DNA from: Oikopleura dioica
Lineage: Eukaryota; Animalia; Chordata
Length of the DNA stretch: 64,000 nucleotides
Reading direction: 5' to 3'
Assembly: GCA_907165135.1 (NCBI GenBank)
Contig: OU015566.1
Coordinates: 8,680,001 to 8,744,000 of the forward strand
Part shown: positions 24,001-34,345 of the stretch, in pieces
Numbering within the stretch: position 1 is the stretch's first letter
Layout of the letters: each line of letters opens with the position of its first letter
The notes under the pieces: generated by a model
Seen by the model: only the letters and a program-made list of their open reading frames with translations
The model's database searches: none
Told to the model about the DNA's origin: nothing
Program-made: the position numbers and the translations under genes

Positions 24001-27000
24001 AGAATTGTTGGGTTGACAACGTTTAGCTCAACTTCATCAAAATGTCCTTTTCCGTAGATTTTGACGTTTGTCGATCGTTGATGACCAAGACGAGCATTAT
24101 TCGTTGGCTGCATCAATTCGATAATAAGATTTGTATCTTCTTCTCGGTCGACATTCACATTCAGATCGATCGCGCCATCGATTTCCATGTTTTCAAATAC
24201 TAAGGTGCCCGAAGTTGTGATCTCGTCGGGAACTGAAGAGCCATCTTGTGTTCTAATGACCCATGGGAGTTTGACGGTCCCGTCGGCACCCATCGATCTC
24301 ATCACAGGAATAATGGCTGCCTCTTTGCCAGCTTTAAAGACATAATTGCTTCGCGCAAGCTCAAAACGTCCCGGGTCGTCGTCTTCGATGATCTTAATTT
24401 CACAGTTGTTGAGTTCCATCTTTGTTCCATCAGATGGCTCGTAAAGCTCGAGACCAAAAGTTCTTCCTTCTTCAATGTATCGATCGTTTTCAATAATGGA
24501 AACTTCAATGAGTTTCTCAGTTTCTCCATTCGCAAATTCTAACTCGCCCTCAACTGATTTATAGTCAACCCCAGCCCTAGCGGTAATATCTCGAGTTCTG
24601 TATCGAACTGAAGATCTGCCTTTTGTTGATCTTGTTCGGATAACTGGAACAGCTGCTTTCTGGCAATTTTCTAAGAATGGATAGGACTGTCTGAGGAATT
24701 GAACAACAGATACAGTCTCGTCATATAGAAGAGTGACCATGCATCTGTCGCAATCGAGAGTAGCACCGCCGAGAGGATCAAAGAGTTCGAGGTTGAATGC
24801 TTTTTCACGGCCATCAAAGATAGAGTCTTGGAAGAACTCGATCTCGATGACTTTTGAGGTTTCGCCGTCTTCGAAAATGATTTCACCTGATGTTTGTCTG
24901 TAGTGCTGGCCACCAATGGCGGTCATATCTCGAGACTTGTACGAAACAACAACTCGCCCGTCGATACCATTGGCACGGTGAATTGGGATGAGCGCAGAGT
25001 GGTCCGCCTCTTTGAAGACGTACGAGGGCTTGGCGAAACCGACGGAGCCAGGCTCGTCGTCTTTGATAATAATTACTTTCGTGCGCTTCTGTCCAAAGTG
25101 AACTTCCTCTGGTCGATCAATTAGCTCCACGATAAAAGCTGCCTCTCGGCCTTCAAATTGAGGGCCTTTGATGTCAATATGGATGTCTGCGAATTCTTCT
25201 CCATCTTTCCACTCGATTTGGCCCTGGCCCCAGTTTGTCTTGCTCAAGAGTCGTTCCATCTCTACGGAGTTTCCATCGCCTCTAGCGAGCGAGCTTGCCA
25301 GAGTACCACTTTCTCCTTCCCGAATCAGTCGGAAATCATCATCCGCCACGGAGACAGGGAAGGTGCGCCATTTGATAGACAGATTGCCATCAAATACAGA
25401 TCTTCTCACTGGAATTACAGCTACTGTTTGCGAGCGTTTCATGAAATATTTGGCTTTGATGAACTCGACGAGGTAGGCGATCGTTGGGAATCTAAACATT
25501 TTTTATTGTTTGTTTGTCCTTCAGAAAAATTTTATCCTCAAATTCGAGAATTTTCGGAGGCATGTTAAAATTGTCTTTAATCATAAGGATTGACAGTTGA
25601 TTTGGACAACATTAAGGACCAAATCATATAATCAACAATTATTTTATGGTGTTTCACATGATATCTGTCAAAAAATATTTTCGACCAATAAGATTGCGCG
25701 ATTTTCAAAAAAATAAAAATTTTTTTTGGTGAAATTTTTAAAATGACTTGCCTCTTTTCGCGGTCAACGCAGAAAACGCAAATTCTCCAGCAGCACAAGA
25801 ACAGTAGCCCGATCAAGAGAGCAGCCAAAACCGCCCATAGAATAATGATAAGAGAGTATTCGATTCCGCAATGAGGATCGTCTTCTGCCCAAACTTGGAT
25901 ATCGCCATTATCTTTCTCGTAATATTTGTAGTAAAACTTGCATGGTGGCTCTCCTTCTCTAGCTTGAGTCATTGCAGAGCAGAGCTGGCCAGCTTCAGAG
26001 GAGTATTTTGCCGTTTTATCATCTCCAGCTGGGACAAGCTCTGATTTACCAACGAGTGTATACGTAATCTCTGAGTTATCAGACTTCGGGCAGACATCGT
26101 CGCAGTCTTCTTTATCGTCAGAGTGGTACTTACACTCGATACAAGCAGAGAAAGTCTTACAGTTGGCGCACGGTTTTCCTCCGCAATTTCTTGTATCACA
26201 AAAAGGACCAGTCCAGTCGTCCGATTCGCAAATGCACTTTCCACACTTGCATTCTCCTCGACCGGAGCAAATTTCTGCGAAGCTATCAGCCCTGCAAGTT
26301 TCCTGAGAAGCCGGACACTCGCAGAAATCTCCCGTCCAGCCCTTATCACACATACATTTAGAAATCCCTCTGCCGTCGTATTTATCGCACACGCATTGGC
26401 CATGATCGGAGCAAATACCGGGCTTGGTTCCATCAGCTCCGTCGTTGTAGCAGTCAGTATTTGAGCACTGACACCACTTGCCAGAGATGATTCCCGACTC
26501 GATTTGATTGCACTCGCAGAAATTCTTCGGGCACTGTCCTTGGCCGGAGCAAATTTCTGTTGGCATTTCTGGATTTATACAATCAGTACAGTTTTGTCCT
26601 GGGGTAGGACAGGGCGGCCGTTCGAATTCGCACACGCTCCCAAAGAAAAGATCGTGGCAGAGACACACGCCGCAGGCAAAGTCGCCGTTTCCGGAGCATT
26701 TGATCGAGTTGGCTTCGATTTGCTCCATGCAGTCGAAATTGCATCGGATAGTTGTGTTGATGAGAAGAAAATCGTCATATCGCTGAGTTCGAACTTTCAA
26801 CTCTCCCCACTTGCTTGTAGTTCTGCAGGTATCGGAGCAGTAAGTATCAGGGTGAACCGATTGACGAATCGTATACTGAACGTTGCTATTCTTGCTCAAC
26901 CCTGTGACATCCTCGCCGTCGGTGAACTCCTTAACAACACCCTGTGCGTCAGTGAAAACAGCTTCAGTTCCAAGACAAACATCCTTCGCGTCAAGAAACT

Positions 27001-28373
27001 CTTTTGTGTTGAGCACCAAGTGTTGTTTTTGTGTAATAATGTTGTAAGCCTTTTCAATAAGGTCAAGGATATTCTTTGACTTTTCCTCCAAAATCTCAGC
27101 GGAGCCAACTTTAAAAAGCTGCTCAGTGGCGTTTTGGTAATGATGAAGCTGGCCTTTTCGAACGGCAAAGATCGGAATGATTGAGTTTTCTTCGAGAACA
27201 TCGACGACTTGCTTGATGGTCGGATAATCGCGCTGGTCACCACGGATGTATTCGTTATTTTCAAGATGACATTGATCATCAGCCGGGTCGATCAGACCTG
27301 AAAGCTTGCCCATGCCACTTCCGCCTGAATGGAACCAACTCTCGGTCGCCAGAACGAGGAGCTTGAGTGTGTTGTGCTGCCAGCCAACTTCATCTCGGCA
27401 AAGAACAGCTTGATACATTGCTTCAAGAGCGCCCTCTGGTCCATCGAGATTTCCAGAAACATGCTCGTTCTGCATATTCTCCGTATATTTGGTGATGTCG
27501 TCGGTGAGTGGGTTCACATTCTTGTACAAAAACGGGGAATCGACTTCGAAGTTGTCCCTGTACGGTTTTTCCAAATAAAAAGGTGTCATTTCCGTTTGAG
27601 GTGAGATGACTTAGATAGATGCAAAAATGTGTATTTCCCAAGATCTAAATATAATATGTAAAAAGTCTAAATTTTGCATCATTCCTTTATCCACAAAAGT
27701 ACCGAAGCCGATTCTCACCATTGCTTCTTGATTTGTGAGCTCTCTCAGCTTCTTCGCAATTTCGCCTCCCATTTTCTTCATGCGTTCCATATCATCACGC
27801 ATCGAATAAGAAACATCCATAAGATAGTAAAGTTCGGCTGGATAAATTCGCGGTTCGGTGACATTGAAGAGCAAGTCTACACTGTCGCCAACTCGGATGA
27901 TGGCGTTGGCGTCCTTAGGGAAGATGCGGTCTTTCTCGGGGTTGAAATCGGCATTTCCAGTGTAGACCTTCGATTCCACTGTCTAAAAATAACCATGGTG
28001 AACCTATTTTATTGGCAGGATAAATGATAGTGTTAATGTGCTCTTTACGAGTAGAGAAATTAATGTGCTTAAATACCTGAACATCTTGGCACTTGAGGGT
28101 TTCGAGATTAGCTGGTAGGTCGCAGCGACCGTATTGAAAAGACTCATCGGCGCACCAGCCGCAAAGTTCGTTTGCTCTGATGCAGTCGCACGGATTTTTA
28201 GCGATGTGGCATTTCGTCTTGTGATTTTCTGCACCTACCCATCCCTGAAATTTGCCGCACTCCGCCTGGCCCCGACTCGTCTTCTTACTGTTCTCTGTCT
28301 GTGACTGTAGTTGCTCGGCCGGTGCGGCAGCTGCTAGGCATCCAAGAACGATGCCCAGCCAGTGCAGGATCAT
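6066..28373 (-). CDS. ITGB4: Giant integrin beta subunit, beta4-like: PSI, vWA/betaI, EGF, TM, then about 40 or more Calx-beta and 4 FN3 domains (about 6,500 aa)
   Basis: Signal peptide at 28373, PSI domain (CGWC), MIDAS YYLMDVSYSM, and beta4-type features DKVISPQTEM, GNLDGPEG and LATES. Cys-rich EGF repeats precede a TM followed by CCWRICVFC. Phase-compatible introns join ORFs 25577-27589, 22764-25499, 20647-22767, 11363-19102, 9187-11406, 8088-8810 and 7122-7915. The last FN3 pair resembles ITGB4 FN3-1/2 (PSKPSRLAF..GEIT..VENL..YRYTVRA). One frameshift near 22823. Last exon SPYRVRREKQQPMESSDSE*. Confidence 0.8.
10260..25491 (-). repeat. Tandem array of Calx-beta (NCX CBD-like) protein domains, about 110-120 aa each
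   Basis: Recurrent pattern (V/I)xF....QS...IPVxR..G...VxW.....GxxxFxxGE..K.I.I.L......F.V.L....LG.....V.NDI over about 4,700 aa. The repeats are divergent at nucleotide level. Confidence 0.88.
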
Positions 28374-30309
28374 TCTTAATTAATCCTTTATTTCCTCAAA
28401 TACCTCGCGTTTGCTTTATTTTTCGCCGGTTTGAGATAATTGGGGAGTAAGTGGCCTTCCGCTCTGAGATAAAAATGTTCGCTGAGAATCAATCTGAGCG
28501 TTGATTGAGCAGAGATTTTTCGAAATATGATTTTGATGAGTCTTCGTTGATTGCGAATCTCTAGGTGATTGTCAAACTCTCTAATGCAAGTGAATTTTCT
28601 AAGGAATGAATGAGTAGTACGAAAAGGAAGAGAGTTCTTAAGAAAAAAGGCTCGTCATTGTCGCCATGATTAGCTCGAGAGAGTGCCCAGTTTAATGCCA
28701 AATGCACAGTACCCAAAAGTGATAACAAATGCAAGGAACCACACCGGATGGCCACATAAGGCGCGAGCCCACTAGCCACACTAGACAAATTTTTAAAAGG
28801 GAGTATATAAGCTCGACAAACTCGACTAGAATTTTCCACACGTGGCTTGGGTCAATTTGAACTAGTCCTACATAAATTTATTTCCTAGATTATAAATATT
28901 TTAGTTAATAAGAAATCCTATTGAGGAGCGATTTTTAAACATAATTTTCACCCGCTAATGGCAAAATTAATTACTGCCCGTTGTCGGCGTCTCCCTAAAA
29001 GGGTTAAAAGATCCATCCAAATTAACTTGCCATTATTTTAAACGGCGTCAATTCTACTTGGCCAGTCTCGCCCCAGTTAACACTCGAGCAGAAGTTATTT
29101 TTACATCAGAGATATTTTATGTGAGCATTTTGAAAGGATAATTATCGAAATTGAAAAACAACTTTACGGTAGTGATTTTTTCGTAAATCTATCTTCAGCC
29201 TGAGCGCGTCTGTAGTTTTTACGATCTACCGGTGGCAAGAGTCGCTCATAATCGTACCCTTTGTGAGTTGAGAAAACAATTTCACTTTTGACTTCAAGAG
29301 AGGGCCCCCTAAGACTCACCAAAAGTCAAACCGGCTTCTTCAATCTTACCTTTTTCTTCGTGAAAACAGCTTCTTCGAAATAGATCTCTGTAAATAATTA
29401 TCTGCACTGTATTTAAGAGATTGTACCCCGCGTTTTATATTTTGTTAAAGGATGAAGCAAAAAGGAACAAGGGGGTTTTCACGGAAAGGGGATTTTTTAT
29501 TGCACAAGTGTGAGAGATAGAGGGGTCAGAAAAAGTGAGGCGCATTTTTTGGAACAGCTGATAAGATGTTCAGAGCGATGCATATTCGGGCCTTGGCACC
29601 CCGCTGCGCCCGGCGGATGAAAGGAACCTCCACCTGCATTATATTTCTTCCGGAAAAGAAGAAAGAGATTTCGCAAAAAAAAACAAGCTGATAGTAACAA
29701 TCTAAATGCTTTACGATGTCATTTATTTTTGACACTCAGATTTCGTTTCTGAATATTATTAGTAGTCATAATTGCCTCGTTAAAATGCCACTATGACAAA
29801 GAGAATACGCTGAACAGGCGGCAGCGAATTTTTCAATTCTCTTCCCCGCAACAATTGACTATTGAGGTGCTGGCGTAATTACGGTGTTGGAAATAATTGA
29901 TGGGGTTTCCTTTTGTCGCTAAACGTCGCAATTTCGAACTGAGCTCATTTGAGCCCCTATAAAACTGCCTCGGCGAGGAAAGCCGTATTCACATTCACCA
30001 CTTCCCAGCCCGGGCTATAAAACGCCCTAATCGCTCAAAAGGTCCAATTTTGGGATAAGCCGACCGGTTCAGCTCAGCTTTCTTCTTTCAATAGAAACGA
30101 TAAACAGAAAACGAGCGATGCAGACTTTCTCAGCCAGAAGAAACAGAGAAATTAATTCTTCCACGCTGAGCTGGTAAAGATGGCACTAGTTAATTTACTT
30201 TGCGAAGGAGAATAAAGTAGATTATCATGTGCCGTTTTTATTAGCTCAGGAAATCGACGAGAGCAAATTTATAGAGATGAGGAATCAGTAACTTCATGCT
30301 CATTTTCAC

Positions 30310-30717
30310 TCAAGCGGTTGTTGTCTTGAAAAGATGGAGCTGCAATTTCTCAAAAGTCCAATCACCGAATTTGTATGAATCTGTCTTCTCTTCATATTTG
30401 CTTGTTTTGATCCAGTAGACATTCAAGTTGCCAACTAAAAAAATATCGAAAATTATTAAGAAAATAATATTGAGGTACCGTTTCCTTCTTTGAAACTTAT
30501 GTAATTTCTGAATGGTCGATCCCCTCGATAAGCCATGAAATGAATGCAATCATCGCCATCAGTTTTCTCTGAAAACTCAATGCCACGTTCTACTAGAAAG
30601 TTTCTTGTTTTTTCTTTGAAAGAGATAAAAATAAACCACAAATTATCTCATCCTTGCTTTATTTCACCCTCCTTTATTTTGGAAAATCGACATATCAAAC
30701 TCTCCTTCGTCTGCCAT
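30310..30717 (-). CDS. Small hypothetical protein (3 exons)
   Basis: MADEGEFDMSIFQNKG / ..RNFLVERGIEFSEKTDGDDCIHFMAYRG.. / GNLNVYWIKTSKYEEKTDSYKFGDWTFEKLQ.., joined by short introns. No family recognised. Confidence 0.45.
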
Positions 30718-30967
30718 TTTCGGTGAGACTTCAAATAATTTCAGATGGATATTCTTATTTATCAAGGAAGTTCAAATATAATACCGAAGCGTGAACGAAC
30801 TTTGTGCTGATTCTGTTTATTTTTCATACCTTTTGGCATGCATATGTGAAGGACAGCATCTTGCTCATATCTTTGACATTTCAATATTTTTTAGCAAGAG
30901 CAAGGCTTTATTCTAGAATACAGAAATACGTTCAAAATGTTGACACTGATTTTCCCAGTTTTGAAAA

Positions 30968-31928
30968 ATGTTCGGCAAGAAAAAGGATGCGCCCGCGCCA
31001 TCCGGCATGATTGCGAACCCTCAGCAAGCAGGTCAACCAGGACATCCGCATAATCCATTCATGATTGTAGGACGCATCCGATAAATGTGTTTCGATTATT
31101 TTCACACTGTTCAGGTTGACATTGATGCCTCCGTTCCAACGACAGGATTTTTTGATTTCAATGGTTGTGGACGTGCTTCTTTAGGAACCGTTGATAAATT
31201 AGAGAAGTCGTCTTTCGATAGATTTTTATTGACTCTAAAAGCTGCGCCCTTTTGGTCCTATGTCATGGATTTTCAAAGACTTGGCACAATGATTTACCTT
31301 CTTTTCAAACCAGAATTTGCAAGTGAGGGCTTCGGATTCTTCTCTTACCTTGGTCTTCATATTTTCTTGCGAATTGTTGTTATGTACTTCAAGCTCCCTG
31401 CTATCAAACTCGTCAGCTGGAAAGGTTAATTGTTCAAAAATAAAGTCTTCAAATGATATTTTAGCTGTTTCTGACAAAAACGCTCTTGTCACTGTGGATT
31501 TTCAAACCAAAGCGATGAAAGAAGCTGGTGGACGAATGCAATTTGCGGCTTATGCTAACTGGTTGCTCATGTTTATTGCTCAAGTGTGGTTCTTTATGTT
31601 CGCATACAGGGTCGGTTTTCACTGTTCATATTTGTCAACCATTGGGTGCATGTTAGACCTTTATTAAAACCGGGCTAGCAATTTCGAGGTATTTTTGACA
31701 ATCGCTGTGATCGCCATTCTTATTGACGTCTACCTCCACTTGTGCGAAGTCCGAGCTGCTGCTTTCATGAAGAACCGAGGTGCTCACTGGAGAAACAGTT
31801 GTTCAGTTTTCTTCTGCGGAATCACTAACGCCGTCGATCCCGAAACCGTTGTCCCCCTCGACGACCCTCGAATCCAAGATGCCCTTGCCGAACGAAATCA
31901 AGGAGGAGTGCAAACTTCTACTGTATAA
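30968..31928 (+). CDS. Multi-pass membrane protein, weakly PLAC8/cornifelin-like
   Basis: Spliced ORF MFGKKKDAPAPSG..PTTGFFDFNGCG.., then several hydrophobic helices, then CSVFFCG..GGVQTSTV*. The PLAC8 similarity rests only on TGFFD and a Cys motif. Confidence 0.55.
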
Positions 31929-31990
31929 TTTTATATTTTCTCTTTTTTTTATAATAAAAATATCAACAACACATTCTTTCGGTAAATTTA

Positions 31991-33401
31991 TTAATTTTGA
32001 TCTATGAACGAATTTCTTTTTCCTCCGTCAATTTGGATGTTTATGTATATATAAAGAAAAGAGGATAAAAGAACTGTAAGCCATGAAATACAAAAGAAAA
32101 TTTGACCTCGCTGCAAGAGAACAGAATCGTCATATTTTTCATACACGATCGTGTCTTCTTGAATCACTTTTCTTCGGAAAATTTTATGAACCCAACAAGG
32201 AAACTTGAAAGTTCCATGTCGATCGATCGAATATTGAATACTTATCGTCTCTAATTTAATAATTGTTGGTCTACTTATTGCGTTAAAAAATATTTACCTA
32301 GAAGCGAATGAAAGCAGCAAATTTGAACAAGTTCATAAAAATTTAGGATTCTGGGTGTTTCCCCATTTCTTGATGAGTTTGTGTTGTCCTCGATAATCGT
32401 AAGCATCAATATATTTCCAAGCTGAGTTGTAATTATGAAGCCTATACGCTCTCCACCGGTGAAGCTTATAAGAGGGGCGAGCCCTGCAAGGAGTCCAATA
32501 AAAAACAACGGGAATAGAACATTAGTTTTATCATGTGATGGCTTTCTAACGATATAAAATAAAGTGACCCATCTCGAGTCCGATTTTGAAGGACGGTCAA
32601 GAAGAAAAAGATCGCCAGAATCGATTGGAAGATAGAGCGATATGGCAGATCCATCGGCATATGTACCATTCTTGACCTTGTTTTTTTCTTGAAAATTTTT
32701 GTGCGGAAAAAGTCTCTAAATAAACTTACCTATGGTCCAACTGGCATGATTTTTATCTATGAATTTTTTCCAAATAACAACCTCTGTATTAAAAAGTCGG
32801 ACTCCAGGAGAAAAAGAGTCTACAGTAAGCATGCCTTTCCTGGGGATCATGTACCTGTATAATATATACATGAGTAGCATCACCGGTGATTTTGAATAAA
32901 GAAAAACTGTAGTTTATAATCCCTGAATTCATGATTATCGAATGGGTAGTTTTTGAAGTCCATGAAGCACCACAAGGTAACTGATGCACTGAAAATCATT
33001 CTAACAGAACCATCTGGGCTAATTCTAGCAAGTTTTGGGTTCAATTGAATATATCCTTCGTGGATATCATTTATCCGAAGATCTGGTATCCAAATTGAAT
33101 CTGATGGAACATCATAGTCATCAAGAGAATCCGAAACAAGCCTCGAGTCATTCCAAGTTATAGTAAGCATCACATTTACAGTTACTGAATCATATTTTGC
33201 CTGTTTTTAAGTCAAGAAAAGCTTGCTTTTAATGTTGCTATTATACATTGGGTCAATATTGATAAACCTTGACTCAACTGAGCTAATCCACGCAATAAAT
33301 GTATAAATTTTGACGTCTGTCTCTCTCTCTGGTGGTCGTATCCCACTCGTAAGACTGAAGACATCTTGAAATATTGACAAAATGAAAAGACTAAAAAACA
33401 T
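31991..33401 (-). CDS. Divergent pentameric ligand-gated ion channel subunit (cationic, non-alpha nAChR/5-HT3-like)
   Basis: Signal peptide, then IRPP, WNDSRL, IWIPDL, ARISPDGSV and the loop CFMDFKNYPFDNHEF. Pre-M1 VRKP..NVLFP, M2 GERIGFIIT, followed by M3 and M4. Confidence 0.8.
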
Positions 33402-34345
33402 ATCGAGTGAATGATCAGGGGAAAGAATATGTTGCGTTTAAACTTTTCTATCATGAATTAATAATTTGAGGCTTGTATTGACCATTGTGTCTATTTCTAT
33501 TTTCTAGTATTCATGATGTCTAAGACTGTAGTTATTCCAAGTTTAGGAATTTCACCATCGTATTCCGCCTCAGGCATGCTTCTGTGAAATCAGTTCTTCG
33601 AACTCGATCCGACCGGTCGAGTCACTTAGACGTCGATAACTTGACCTCCCGAAGATACCAACCTACCTTAATGCGAACATGATTGAGTTAAGAAAAGTCA
33701 AAAAAAATGTCAAGAATAAAATATGATAGCTGAAGTATTCGAGCGAATGTCGGTTCATCAGTTCTTGTACACATCTTTTGAATGGGAAAATAAAAATTTC
33801 GACCGAATGAAAGGTTGAATTTTCAAATGAAATATCTTTATTCTGCTGAGTTGTACAAAATCAGAGCGCAGGTGATGCTAATCAGTGATGGTGTGGAGTG
33901 TCTGCTTATCACTAGTGGGCGGTGGTGCTCTCTCTTGTTCCAGCGCACCTGCCTCGGAGCAATTGCATATCCTCTCAGAATAGAGGAGCACTAATTTCGG
34001 CAGGCTGCTGCTTCTACCTTCTGCTACCGCTGGCTATCTAGCAAGCCCTGCTCTCCCCCGCTCCACCACCACCAGGCGGAGCGTCGTTCACGTCGTTTTT
34101 GGCCAAAGCCAGTACCCGATAAGCGATAAGAGGTCCTCTGGCATCACCGGACAGGGCTAGAACAGAGAAAACCTGTGCGTGAATAAGTGGATGGAGTGAG
34201 CAGCTCTAGCCTCCTCCACCACCAGAATCGCACCGCACGGGGACCCACGGGCGGCGGCAACGTTCTCACTTCAGAGACACAGAGATTAACTTATACAAGA
34301 AGAATTAATAAGAGACAAAGAAAGAGACAAACGGGGCGAAGAATT

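Noticed and set aside
9187-25499. Calx-beta ORFs as ADGRV1/VLGR1, FRAS1/FREM or a Na/Ca exchanger
   Set aside because: No signal peptide, GPS/7TM, CSPG repeats or exchanger TM segments are present. The ORFs are flanked by an integrin TM exon and ITGB4-type FN3 domains.
9280-27604. Numerous plus-strand ORFs of 60-200 aa opposite the integrin
   Set aside because: They are antisense shadows of a long coding sequence, with no motifs or splice support.
28400-30300. Possible genes or ncRNAs in the 2-kb region upstream of the integrin (likewise 51500-53400)
   Set aside because: Only short motif-less ORFs are present. These are probably regulatory DNA, but no specific element can be supported.
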